From positions 1 through 30,004 of the IMG/VR virus record IMGVR_UViG_2740892439_000007: a DNA stretch of 30,004 bases, one strand, 5' to 3'. Source of the DNA: a virus (lineage: Duplodnaviria > Heunggongvirae > Uroviricota > Caudoviricetes). This document shows, piece by piece, positions 1 to 8,617 of the stretch (its first letter is position 1; each line of letters opens with the position of its first letter). The notes under the pieces are model-generated. The model saw only the letters and a program-made list of their open reading frames with translations. It searched no databases and was not told the origin of the DNA. The translations under genes were made by a program, and so were the position numbers.

Positions 1-140
1 TTGTGATCGTCATTGCTCTTCTGGTGATGGCGGTGTTGGTGGATTTTACGGGAAAGATGATGTCTGTCATTTCTGATGGCGTCCTCATTGGTTTGGCGAT
101 CTACTTCGCTTATCCGTTAGTTCGTAAAGCAAAGTGTTAA
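1..140 (+). CDS. 3' end of a CDS entering from upstream (frame 3, stop TAA 138-140); hydrophobic C-terminal peptide ...VLIGLAIYFAYPLVRKAKC
   Basis: Open frame from window edge to TAA at 138-140, followed by a strong hairpin; could alternatively be a 37-aa ORF from ATG 27. Confidence 0.35.
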   Translation, partial: VIVIALLVMAVLVDFTGKMMSVISDGVLIGLAIYFAYPLVRKAKC

Positions 141-142
141 TG

Positions 143-170
143 ACAAGGGCCATTTGGCCCTTGTGTTTCG
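143..170 (+). terminator. Hairpin terminator candidate (acaagggcc / ggcccttgt, loop attt)
   Basis: Perfect 9-bp inverted repeat directly after the stop codon; the downstream T-tract is weak (gtgtttcg). Confidence 0.5.
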
Positions 171-248
171 TTGACCGAAATAGAGAGTTTGCACCTTTAC
201 GTTTAGCTTGCTCCCCTTATATGCCACATCACAATAAAGCCAATAAGA

Positions 249-261
249 AAACAACTTGTTT
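249..261. promoter_or_regulatory. Operator-like palindrome AAACAA-C-TTGTTT (perfect) upstream of CDS 280-846
   Basis: 6-1-6 perfect inverted repeat 19 nt upstream of the ATG; member of a family recurring at least 12 times in the window. Confidence 0.6.
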
Positions 262-279
262 AAGCATTAAGGAAAACAC

Positions 280-846
280 ATGTGCGAGAAATGCAAAGCA
301 ATAGCTGATGAACAAAACGCCCTATTCGAAGAAATGGATGCTAATGAACTTGTCAAAATGTTAGCCATTCTTCGAGGAATAGAAGACGTTTCCATATTTG
401 AGAGACTGTTTACAATACTTAATTTTAATTCCACCTTTGAAGAGCCAACTCAGATTGTAGCTTTGGCACACCATTTCGGTGTTCATTACCTTGCTGAAAA
501 AGAGAGAGCTGATAAGTTGCAAGCGACTTTGGATATGGTGAGCGAGACTCAAGGAACTGATGACGGTAACAAAAGTGAGACGATTATTGCCAGCAAAGAT
601 CGTGAAATTGCCGGGCTTAAATCCTCTCTAACGATGTTGATGTCTGCAATTAACCTTATGTCTTCTAAAGCAGGTTATAAAATGCCATCACTAAACAGCG
701 ACGATCCGATGGCCGTTCGCCAGCTTTTAGGTGCAATGGCCGACCAGCTCGACGACACAAAGAGTCGCCTTGAAGACATGATGCGGGAGCTCACGCATCG
801 CCATGACTTGAATAAGCAGCCGCACAAAACGCAATACGCACTCTAA
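280..846 (+). CDS. Hypothetical protein (188 aa)
   Basis: ORF with ATG start and upstream aagga RBS; own operator upstream and intrinsic terminator downstream. Confidence 0.7.
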   Translation: MCEKCKAIADEQNALFEEMDANELVKMLAILRGIEDVSIFERLFTILNFNSTFEEPTQIVALAHHFGVHYLAEKERADKLQATLDMVSETQGTDDGNKSETIIASKDREIAGLKSSLTMLMSAINLMSSKAGYKMPSLNSDDPMAVRQLLGAMADQLDDTKSRLEDMMRELTHRHDLNKQPHKTQYAL

Positions 847-863
847 TACTGCACCAGTCGACA

Positions 864-885
864 GGGGGCGAAAGCCCCCATTTTT
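864..885 (+). terminator. Rho-independent terminator (gggggc gaaa gccccc + TTTTT)
   Basis: 6-bp GC stem, GAAA tetraloop, then T5 immediately after the stop of CDS 280-846. Confidence 0.75.
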
Positions 886-940
886 ACGCCTTAAATCTGC
901 TGTAACGCCTATGAATGCAGCTTTTATGCCTTTTCAAGTT

Positions 941-975
941 TGCGATAATTACACCAATCAGAAAACAAATTATTT
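941..975 (+). promoter_or_regulatory. Extended -10 promoter (TGCGATAAT, 941-949) followed by operator AAACAA-A-TTATTT (963-975)
   Basis: Cassette ttgcgataat(t/a)acaccaa...agaaaacaa is repeated almost verbatim at 13999, 15441 and 15929. Confidence 0.6.
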
Positions 976-987
976 AATGGTGTAATT

Positions 988-2673
988 ATGAATACAGCCC
1001 TTTCCATCAGCGACGATGCCAGCTCAAACACGGCTATCGACTATCGTCAGGAAATGAATGTCATCCACGAAATCGTGGCCGAGTGCGAGAAAGAGATCGC
1101 CTTCATGTATCAGGTACACGACTTCGTTTATGGCGACGAACGCCACAACATGATTAATCGCCTGCTGAGACTAAACCATCGACCAGATGAAGATCGCTCG
1201 CGTTTAAATCGAGGTTGGTTGGATAAAGTCGATCTGGAATGGGTGAAACAGAATATTTGGGCCGAGTACTGGAGGAAGGTCACGGACATGACTAACGTTT
1301 TGCTGATCATGCCAGCTTCCCGTCGAGATGAGTGGCGCGAGCAGTTTATAGAGGGCAAACAGGAAGTCATCAAAACTGACAGAACCGGCTACCAGATGAA
1401 GGTTAAAGAGTTCGTTGGTGTACCGGAGTTCAAAGCAGAAACGGTCATACCCACGATGCTTAATTTGCTGAATGACAGGCACAAATATCTCTCTGAGCGC
1501 GTGTATGGCTTGTTTAAGGCGCTGAGTCCTGCGCACAAGACAAATAAGACAAACGGTTTCAGCGAGCGTCTGATAATCGCTGACTGCATTTCTGATTTCT
1601 GGCGGGACAGCGTTAGCGTGAACTATCGCAAAGAGGACTACATCGACGATCTGCGTGTCTTGCTTCATTTCTTCGCGCACAAAGAATTTATTACCATCAA
1701 CCGCACTGCTGAGGTGCTATCAGCTGCGTATCGGGCAAACGACTGCCAGACCGGTGACTGGATGAACGTCGATGGAAATCTGATGCGCGTGAAGATGTTC
1801 AAGAACGGCAACGTTCACTTTGAAATACATCCTGACGTGGCCTGGAAGTTGAATGAGGTGCTGGCTTACAGTATGCCTGCTGCAATTCCCGCGCCATGCC
1901 GAACTGCGCCAAAAACACGGGCACCAAAGCAGTTCGGGTTAATCCAGAAGACGATCTCCGTGCCGGTTCGCACTGCGCTTCGTGACGGGCGATTGAGCAA
2001 AGACAAAGGCGTATGGTACTTCTCTGATTCAGCTCTCCAGAAGTCGCAGGTGGAAGAGCTTGAGCGCACACTGAGCTTCATTGGCGGCGTGCAGGAGAAA
2101 AAGCACTGGCAGTTCCCGTATGACATCGGCCATACGCTAAATACGATTGTGGCTACCGGTTTAATACCGGATACAAAATCACACCAGTTCTACCCTACCC
2201 CACGCTTGATTGCTGAGTACGTTGCCAGAGCCACTGAATTGAAGCCTGGTGAGAAGCTGCTGGAGCCTCAAGCCGGACGTGGGGATCTTCTGGCCTATAT
2301 TAACGCCGATCTGGAAGATGTTACCTGCATAGAAATCGCACCTCTCTTCGCTGATATCCTGCGTGGAAAAGGGTATACGAACACGATTTGCTGCGACTTC
2401 ATAAAGTGGTCTGAGGACAACGCAGGTTATCAGTTCGACAAAATCGTTATGAACCCGCCGTACTCGCTTGGTCGTCATAGAGAGCACACGCTGGCTGCGC
2501 TGGGGCATCTGAAAGTCGGCGGGCGTCTTGTAGCAGTATTGCCGGGCACTGCGCCAATACTGGACTGGATGACGATGGATAATTACGTTTATGCCAGAGG
2601 GAAGTCGTTTACCAACGAGTTTGAAGATACCGGGATCACAGTCAGCGTATACGTTTTCAAACGCGTTAAATGA
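988..2673 (+). CDS. SAM-dependent amino-methyltransferase (probably DNA N6-adenine or N4-cytosine) with a roughly 400-aa N-terminal domain of unknown function
   Basis: C-terminal region has an LEPQAGRGDLL motif-I-like SAM-binding segment followed by NPPY (motif IV); the N-terminal 400 aa match nothing I recognise. Confidence 0.7.
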   Translation: MNTALSISDDASSNTAIDYRQEMNVIHEIVAECEKEIAFMYQVHDFVYGDERHNMINRLLRLNHRPDEDRSRLNRGWLDKVDLEWVKQNIWAEYWRKVTDMTNVLLIMPASRRDEWREQFIEGKQEVIKTDRTGYQMKVKEFVGVPEFKAETVIPTMLNLLNDRHKYLSERVYGLFKALSPAHKTNKTNGFSERLIIADCISDFWRDSVSVNYRKEDYIDDLRVLLHFFAHKEFITINRTAEVLSAAYRANDCQTGDWMNVDGNLMRVKMFKNGNVHFEIHPDVAWKLNEVLAYSMPAAIPAPCRTAPKTRAPKQFGLIQKTISVPVRTALRDGRLSKDKGVWYFSDSALQKSQVEELERTLSFIGGVQEKKHWQFPYDIGHTLNTIVATGLIPDTKSHQFYPTPRLIAEYVARATELKPGEKLLEPQAGRGDLLAYINADLEDVTCIEIAPLFADILRGKGYTNTICCDFIKWSEDNAGYQFDKIVMNPPYSLGRHREHTLAALGHLKVGGRLVAVLPGTAPILDWMTMDNYVYARGKSFTNEFEDTGITVSVYVFKRVK

Positions 2674-2734
2674 TAGGTAAATACTTACTTAATTTGTGTA
2701 AGAATGTAGTAACTAAACGATAAGAGAAAAACAC

Positions 2735-3439
2735 ATGAACAACCTCCAGTTAGAGCATTTTAACGTCACAGGCCATTCTGATTTTCCTTTCAAGTTTACA
2801 TTGAAAGGTTATGCAGAGGATGCGGTAGGCCAGATTATTATTGATAAAGGCATCGTTAAGTTTGAGGGGAATTTTGATGAATCCGCGAAAACATTCATAG
2901 ACTTCGTTGCCAAACGTTGGAGCGAGCAATGGAAAGACATGGAAAAGCGCGCTAGTGAGTTTGATCGGTTCATGGATGCAATGGATACAGCAAAAGAGGC
3001 TCTTGCTGCCGGGACTCCGTTAGATCTTGAGTCACTTTTCAACGGCGAAGTGGCCTCTGCGATGTTCGCCACCATGTTCGCGGGTGAGTTCGTCCGCAGC
3101 GGTGCCAAAAACTACCTTGAGCTGGATTACAACGTCCCTGCAATTGGCGATTTCGTCGTTACCATCCAACGCAAAGAAGGTAAGACGCCAGGTGAACGCG
3201 TCGCAGAGCTTGAGGCCGTTGTGGATCAGCGTAACGGAGAGTGTGACCGTTTGATCAACGAGCTTCATGCACTTCGGGAAGAAAGAATATGTGCGGGTAG
3301 CAATACACGTAATGCAGCGGATATCTACTTCCAGTTAGTTGAGGAATGCCAGATTCCACCAGGTGGCTCTCTTGTCGATTACGTCAGACATTTAATGGCG
3401 GAAGTTAACTCCAGCCATAAAGATGGTGAGGTGCGCTGA
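2735..3439 (+). CDS. Hypothetical protein (234 aa)
   Basis: ORF with ATG preceded by gagaaaaacac leader similar to those of 280 and 3958; first gene of a coupled operon. Confidence 0.65.
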   Translation: MNNLQLEHFNVTGHSDFPFKFTLKGYAEDAVGQIIIDKGIVKFEGNFDESAKTFIDFVAKRWSEQWKDMEKRASEFDRFMDAMDTAKEALAAGTPLDLESLFNGEVASAMFATMFAGEFVRSGAKNYLELDYNVPAIGDFVVTIQRKEGKTPGERVAELEAVVDQRNGECDRLINELHALREERICAGSNTRNAADIYFQLVEECQIPPGGSLVDYVRHLMAEVNSSHKDGEVR

Positions 3440-3819
3440 TGTTTGGCATTGACGCACAGCGTATAGCCGCTTTTGCAAAAAGCCCTCTTGATAATCCCTT
3501 GTCTCGTAGTGAGCAAATGGAGCTGGCAAGGCTTTTTATTCACATTCAAAAACAGGCAGACGTTTTCAATAACATGCCTGATCAACCTATTCTGGATGGT
3601 CACATCCAGATGGTCATTAACAGTCATGAGAAAGGCTGGGCTGCAATCGTCCCCTGCACAATTACATACAAGTTGGCGAAAGAGGTTCAAGAGTTTCGAA
3701 AAGCCAGTGTCGAATCGGAGTCTACCAAAGCCGCAATAAACACTCTTATTCGCATGGGGTTCACATGGACCGGTGGAGCCTACTGGCAAGCACCTCACCC
3801 CATTTTATCCGGCAATTAG
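3439..3819 (+). CDS. Hypothetical protein (126 aa)
   Basis: ATGA start/stop overlap with the upstream gene (translational coupling). Confidence 0.6.
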   Translation: MFGIDAQRIAAFAKSPLDNPLSRSEQMELARLFIHIQKQADVFNNMPDQPILDGHIQMVINSHEKGWAAIVPCTITYKLAKEVQEFRKASVESESTKAAINTLIRMGFTWTGGAYWQAPHPILSGN

Positions 3820-3850
3820 ACGCTACAAATCCTTCGGCATGAATAAATAA

Positions 3851-3869
3851 AGGCCATAAGTTGTGGCCT
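3851..3869 (+). terminator. Hairpin (aggcca taagttg tggcct), weak terminator candidate
   Basis: 6-bp stem after the stop of CDS 3439-3819; T-rich tract only 8 nt further downstream. Confidence 0.35.
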
Positions 3870-3870
3870 T

Positions 3871-3883
3871 AAATAAATTGTTT
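3871..3883. promoter_or_regulatory. Operator-like palindrome AAATAA-A-TTGTTT (1 mismatch), within a 30-bp block also found at 10736
   Basis: aaattgttttctaccttttcttatttg here versus caatttgttttctaccttttgttgattg at 10738. Confidence 0.5.
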
Positions 3884-3957
3884 TCTACCTTTTCTTATTT
3901 GTGAAAATAAACCAGCACTTGGTAGTGCTTATGTAACAGCAAAGAAGAGAAAAACAC

Positions 3958-4200
3958 ATGAGTAACAAAATCGAAAACCCCGTAGTTCTCATTCACAAGC
4001 GTGAGAACCCCGACTCCTATGCGGTGGCGATCACCAATGGGAGTCACGATTATTACGATGGTCTGCTAATGGCCTCAGTGTCGCCTGATGAGGCAGACAA
4101 CTCTTTTGCCGTCTTCGCTATGGTTGGTTACTACATGGCTGCCGAAATTGAGAAGTTGCGGGCGCAGAGAGACGCATTAGCGGCGGAGAATGCAGCCTGA
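3958..4200 (+). CDS. Hypothetical protein (80 aa)
   Basis: ORF with ATG and gagaaaaacac leader. Confidence 0.55.
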   Translation: MSNKIENPVVLIHKRENPDSYAVAITNGSHDYYDGLLMASVSPDEADNSFAVFAMVGYYMAAEIEKLRAQRDALAAENAA

Positions 4201-4226
4201 AAGAATCTGAGCGAGCATTCGATGCG

Positions 4227-4412
4227 ATGTGTGCCGAGGAACACGGAGATAATTGGGTTAGCGAATTAACGGAGACTCCAGCCACCGATGCTTTTCTGGC
4301 TGAAGTACGTGCGCAGGGCGTGGAGATGTTTGCTGAGTGCGCATACACACTTGAACATCATGATCACGCAGTAGCTTTTGCCGCTGAGCTTCGTACAGGA
4401 AATAAACAGTGA
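4227..4412 (+). CDS. Hypothetical protein (61 aa)
   Basis: ORF with ATG start; stop overlaps the next gene start (GTGA). Confidence 0.45.
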   Translation: MCAEEHGDNWVSELTETPATDAFLAEVRAQGVEMFAECAYTLEHHDHAVAFAAELRTGNKQ

Positions 4413-5134
4413 ATGAGATTTACTACCTGACGTTACGTGAACGTTATTCACCAAAACCAGCGCCTAAATGCTCTGTTTGTGACGAGGAAATGTCAATACA
4501 GCGCATATCTGGAGCACATGTTGTTTATGCCTGTTCCGGTGAGGGTGATGACGGATATTTTAAGATAGGGCGTACTTTTGCAGACGAACATTATGAAAAA
4601 TCACGCGTAACAGTAGTTGATGATAGTGATCCCGATGTGATTGCACTGCTGGACGAACTGGATAAAAGACAGCAACACATCCGACGTCTTGAGCAGGAGA
4701 ACGTAGAGATGGCCCTAACGCTTGAGAAACTGCGTGTTGAGCTGGAGACCGTTAAACAGCGGGAAAAGGATCTGTTTATGGAAAATGTTCGACTTAAGTC
4801 AGGTATAGCAGGTCTGATACACCTCGGTATTCGATATGCGGATGTCGAAGTCATGAAAATAGCTGGTGATGCCCAGCTTTCTACTCCCTGTACTGACAGC
4901 ATCATAAACAGTATTGCATCAGGCGTTTTCACCAAAGAGGTCAGCATTATGAGAACAGTAGAAGTTCGCGCTGAAGATGTAACCCCAGGTGATGTGGTCA
5001 TAACATCTAAAGGCAAACGATGTGCGGTTAAATCTTTCTGGATGGAAGGTGACAAAGTGACTCTGTTCGGTACGGATGGTTCCGAAACGGATTATGACTA
5101 CGACGAATTACTTGTTGTTGAGAGAGCTATCTAA
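4409..5134 (+). CDS. Hypothetical protein (241 aa) with an N-terminal Cys cluster (CSVC...C) and a predicted coiled coil
   Basis: ORF from GTG overlapping the upstream stop; sequence features only, no family recognised. Confidence 0.6.
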   Translation: MNEIYYLTLRERYSPKPAPKCSVCDEEMSIQRISGAHVVYACSGEGDDGYFKIGRTFADEHYEKSRVTVVDDSDPDVIALLDELDKRQQHIRRLEQENVEMALTLEKLRVELETVKQREKDLFMENVRLKSGIAGLIHLGIRYADVEVMKIAGDAQLSTPCTDSIINSIASGVFTKEVSIMRTVEVRAEDVTPGDVVITSKGKRCAVKSFWMEGDKVTLFGTDGSETDYDYDELLVVERAI

Positions 5135-5829
5135 TGACCACCGTTAACAATAAGAAATGCTACCCAAGCGAGCAATATCTTAATGAGCTGATCACCAACA
5201 TAGAGTTTGCTGCAAGGACACCTGTTGAAGTCGTGAGAGCGATGGCAGCAGAGCTACAGAAGCGGCGCGAAGCTGATAGTGCAGAACCTGTAAGCCAAAC
5301 TTACAAGTTGCCAGTTAATACACCTTGCCAAGATGCGCCAGCCCATATCTGGCTGCAAACGGCTGGAGTATGGCCAGAAGATAGCGAGTTAAGCGAATTA
5401 ACGTGGTGCAGCCACAATCAGCACCATGATGACACGCTATATGTTCGAGCTGACCTTGTGAATGGCAACTATCCGGATATTCCGGATAGTTCGGTGCCAG
5501 CGCCAGGAAAGGGCGTCACCGGTGAACGTATCCGCATTAAGCCGCATGTTTATCGCGAACTGGTTAACCGCCTCCACGATACAGCGATCAAGTGTGCTGG
5601 CACCCAGCAATTACGAGAAAAAATTAGCCGTGTTTTGGGCGACGTTATTACGCCAGATCATCATAAACAAGCCGAGAAAAGTGACCTGGAAAGGTGTCAC
5701 CTTGAGGCGGCATTAAATATTAAGCCGGGACATACGCTTGGCATTATCGATGCTCTGTTGGTTCATAAGATGGCCAGGGCTTTATTGCCGCTGGTGGATG
5801 CTGGCGATACAAGCGAGGGTGAAGTATGA
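5134..5829 (+). CDS. Hypothetical protein (231 aa)
   Basis: TAATG overlap with the upstream gene. Confidence 0.6.
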   Translation: MTTVNNKKCYPSEQYLNELITNIEFAARTPVEVVRAMAAELQKRREADSAEPVSQTYKLPVNTPCQDAPAHIWLQTAGVWPEDSELSELTWCSHNQHHDDTLYVRADLVNGNYPDIPDSSVPAPGKGVTGERIRIKPHVYRELVNRLHDTAIKCAGTQQLREKISRVLGDVITPDHHKQAEKSDLERCHLEAALNIKPGHTLGIIDALLVHKMARALLPLVDAGDTSEGEV

Positions 5830-6188
5830 GAGTTGCAGATCACATCAAAAACCTTGAAAGAATTATCGAAAACGGTGAACTCTTAAGAGATCAGATGAGA
5901 CGCACGGCAGAAGTCAGAGAGGCGATAATTCGCAGTCAGGCTGGTAAATTAAAGCAATTGTCAGAGATTAACACGCTATACAAGAACAGACGTAACCGGG
6001 TGGCGCTGCGGCTTCAGAAAGCACGTAATGAAATTAAATTGGTGGAGGCAAAACTGAAAAAACAGATCCAGCGTTACGATCAGCAAGATGCTTTTTATGC
6101 CGCCATCAAGGCGGTTGCTAATGAAATAGGCATCTGGAAGTTGCTGGTGGAGGAAGCAAAGACGAAGTTAAATGCCAACGAAAGCTGA
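5826..6188 (+). CDS. Hypothetical basic coiled-coil protein (120 aa)
   Basis: ATGA overlap with the upstream gene; last gene of the coupled operon. Confidence 0.6.
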   Translation: MRVADHIKNLERIIENGELLRDQMRRTAEVREAIIRSQAGKLKQLSEINTLYKNRRNRVALRLQKARNEIKLVEAKLKKQIQRYDQQDAFYAAIKAVANEIGIWKLLVEEAKTKLNANES

Positions 6189-6261
6189 ACTACAGGTGCC
6201 CACCAGCATACAGAAAATGATTGTTTCCACATCAAGGAGATTTTAATGTTTCACTGAAACA

Positions 6262-6399
6262 TTAAGTAAGCCAGTGCATAATTCCATTTTTTACTGATCT
6301 TAAAAGCAAAATCAAAACGATGATGAGGATAATAGCCAGAATCTGGCTAATAACAGGCGCATCTAAAAATGCACTCAGGAACTGAAAAAAAGCGTTCAT
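6262..6399 (-). CDS. Small hydrophobic protein candidate (45 aa, MNAFFQFLSAFLDAPVISQILAIILIIVLILLLRSVKNGIMHWLT)
   Basis: ORF below the size cutoff of the supplied track; single predicted transmembrane segment; weak RBS. Confidence 0.3.
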   Translation of the reverse strand: MNAFFQFLSAFLDAPVISQILAIILIIVLILLLRSVKNGIMHWLT

Positions 6400-6441
6400 T
6401 CAGGTGGTTCCTTGTCAAATGTAAAGGTGCACTTGCTCACG

Positions 6442-6470
6442 TTGACGTAGAAACCCAACCCCTATATAGT
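6442..6470 (+). promoter_or_regulatory. Sigma-70-like promoter candidate TTGACG-N17-TATAGT
   Basis: Near-consensus -35 and -10 with 17-bp spacer; no convincing CDS downstream; iteron-like motifs and a hairpin (6555-6580) follow. Confidence 0.35.
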
Positions 6471-6516
6471 TGGATTCGGTGAATGAAAGTCGTTAACGTG
6501 AGCTTACGGCACATGT

Positions 6517-6541
6517 TTTCGGAAAAACATCAGGGAACGGC
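6517..6541. repeat. Iteron-like motifs (ttttcggaaaaacatc aggGAACGGC) related to the arrays at 13548 and 16514
   Basis: Shares the block GAAAAACATC-GGGAA with 16606-16625. Confidence 0.4.
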
Positions 6542-6896
6542 TAATTCCTTGATGCGGGTGGGGTCTGTAATGCAGACCCTATCTATTAACGTCATGATTG
6601 CATCTCAAATTTTCTCCTTATCTTCAATTAATCTACATTCATTTCATCTGTTAGCCACCACAATATGTAGAAAATGGCCCTCTTGCAAGTGCATAGCTTT
6701 GTGGATAACTCAGGAAGGAAAAAGTGGCTTTCGCGCACTTTAGACCGGACAAGGCGTTCGAAAAAGTCAATGGGAAGAAAAAATTTGTTAAAAATAACGT
6801 TTGTTTGAATTGTATATATTTATGCCTTTCAATAGTTAGCATCTTATTAACATCTTTTTTAAGAGATAGAGTTCAAAAATATATAGCTTCAACATA

Positions 6897-6916
6897 TACT
6901 GTATGTGTATACAGTA
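6897..6916. promoter_or_regulatory. LexA (SOS) box TACTGTATGTGTATACAGTA overlapping a TATACT -10
   Basis: Perfect CTGT-N8-ACAG dyad 17 nt upstream of the UmuD'-like start codon. Confidence 0.8.
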
Positions 6917-6932
6917 TTAAGAGGCGAGTATT

Positions 6933-7322
6933 ATGGGCTTCCCTTCTCCTGCGGCGGATTATGCTGAGAGCCGTATTTCTCTTGATCAGCAGATAATTAG
7001 ACATCCTTCAGCGACCTACTTCATGAGGGCAGCTGATAGTCATCATCGTGAGGGAATATTACAGGGTGCATTGCTGGTGGTCGATTCCTCACTTACCCCG
7101 GTTGATGGTTCTCTGCTTGTATGCGCTCTGGATGGGGAATATCGCGTAAAAAGATACCGGAAGTACCCACGTCAGCATCTGGAGGATTTAAGAACCGGTA
7201 AGAAGGAAGCATTGCCAAAGGATGACGATGGATGCACGGGCAGCAATGCCGTGTTTGGTGTGATCACTCACATTATCAACGACGCAAGAAGTGGCGAGTT
7301 TGATGATTGTCCCGTGATGTAG
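6933..7322 (+). CDS. UmuD'-like S24 peptidase-family protein, encoded without the N-terminal cleavable arm (HumD-like)
   Basis: Begins M-GFPSPAADY, i.e. at the equivalent of the UmuD Cys24/Gly25 cleavage site; Ser (ADSH) and Lys (RVKR) of the catalytic dyad are present; no upstream in-frame start is available. Confidence 0.8.
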   Translation: MGFPSPAADYAESRISLDQQIIRHPSATYFMRAADSHHREGILQGALLVVDSSLTPVDGSLLVCALDGEYRVKRYRKYPRQHLEDLRTGKKEALPKDDDGCTGSNAVFGVITHIINDARSGEFDDCPVM

Positions 7323-7334
7323 GAGAACTGATTA

Positions 7335-7358
7335 GGCGGTGCAATGCACCGCCTTTTT
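7335..7358 (+). terminator. Rho-independent terminator (ggcggtgc aat gcaccgcc + TTTTT)
   Basis: 8-bp GC stem plus T5, 13 nt after the UmuD'-like stop and ending 2 nt before the mrp stop codon. Confidence 0.75.
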
Positions 7359-7359
7359 A

Positions 7360-8460
7360 TCACACTGCGCGGAATGCGATTTCGCCAGGTATTACTTCAC
7401 CTTGCCAATACATTTGGGCAGCAACGCGATCTGCGAGGTCACGATAAATAGCCGTAAATTCGCTATCTGGACGACTAATAACGGTTGGTGTTCCGTTATC
7501 CAGATCTTCACGAAGAGAGATATGAAGTGGCATTTGGCCTAACAACTGCGTGTTGTATTTCTCGGCCAGTTTCTGTGCGCCACCGGTGCCAAAAATTGGC
7601 TCGTGATGACCGCAGTTACTGCAAATATGCACACTCATGTTTTCGACGATACCCAGTACCGGCACTTCGACTTTTTCGAACATCACAATGCCTTTCTTCG
7701 CATCGATCAGCGCGATGTCTTGCGGCGTAGTTACCACAACCGCACCAGTTACAGGAATGTTCTGCGCCAGCGTCAACTGAATATCACCAGTGCCCGGCGG
7801 CATATCGAGAACGAGATAGTCCAGATCAGGCCATAGAGTTTCCTGCAACATCTGCATCAGCGCCTTGCTGGCCATCGGTCCACGCCACACCATTGCATTG
7901 TCGTCGGTGACCAGATAACCAATAGAGTTGGTTGCCAGGCCATGAGACATGATAGGTGCCATGTGAGTACCGTCAGGTGAGGTTGGACGTTGGTTTTCCG
8001 CTCCCAGCATGGTTGGAATTGATGGACCATAGATATCGGCATCCAAAATACCAACTTTCGCACCTTCAGCAGCCAACGCCAGTGCCAGGTTCACCGCCGT
8101 GGAGGATTTACCCACGCCGCCCTTGCCTGAGCTGACGGCGATAATGTTCTTAACGCCATTAATGCCTGGTTGGTTTTTGACGCGCTTAAGCGTGGCAATG
8201 TTGTACGACAGCTTCCAGTCAATAGCCTTTGCGCCAGTGATACGGAGCAGATCACCACTACATTGCTCTTTCAGGTCTTCAAAAGGCTTATTCCACACGA
8301 AAGGCATGATTAGTTCGACATGCAGTGTGTCATCCATCAACGCAACATGGTGTAACGCTTTAAGCGTAGTCAGGTTGTGTTTCAGGGTTGGGTGCTGAAA
8401 ATTAGCCAGCGTACCGGCTACCATTGCTCTCAGGGCATCCGGCGATTTGGACTCGCTCAT
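7360..8460 (-). CDS. apbC: Fe-S cluster carrier ATPase ApbC/Mrp
   Basis: 366-aa product with P-loop SSGKGGVGKS and C-terminal CxxC; near-identical to E. coli Mrp as recalled. Confidence 0.95.
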   Translation of the reverse strand: MSESKSPDALRAMVAGTLANFQHPTLKHNLTTLKALHHVALMDDTLHVELIMPFVWNKPFEDLKEQCSGDLLRITGAKAIDWKLSYNIATLKRVKNQPGINGVKNIIAVSSGKGGVGKSSTAVNLALALAAEGAKVGILDADIYGPSIPTMLGAENQRPTSPDGTHMAPIMSHGLATNSIGYLVTDDNAMVWRGPMASKALMQMLQETLWPDLDYLVLDMPPGTGDIQLTLAQNIPVTGAVVVTTPQDIALIDAKKGIVMFEKVEVPVLGIVENMSVHICSNCGHHEPIFGTGGAQKLAEKYNTQLLGQMPLHISLREDLDNGTPTVISRPDSEFTAIYRDLADRVAAQMYWQGEVIPGEIAFRAV

Positions 8461-8617
8461 CCCGTCTCCTTTATTTTAATTTGCGCAATTGTCGCCTTGT
8501 AGTGTACTCCAGCTACGACATTTAATCATTTATGAGAAATGCTGTTATCACATGGCAGACATAAGGCCATTTTGTTACTATCAAGCCCCTTTTCACTACA
8601 AAGAAGTAATGCCTACT

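Larger units (their letters stand above)
141..7358. mobile_element. Phage-like accessory region, left flank, sharing operator and iteron motifs with the right flank
   Basis: Operator copies at 249, 963 and 3871; shared GAAAAACATC-GGGAA block; HumD-like gene. Confidence 0.55.

Noticed and set aside
1128-2508. Minus-strand ORFs inside the methyltransferase gene
   Set aside because: They are antisense to a long ORF that carries recognisable catalytic motifs.
6483-6743. 86-aa plus-strand ORF in the left intergenic region
   Set aside because: Poor RBS and a low-complexity product; the region is better explained as an untranslated leader or small RNA with a hairpin.
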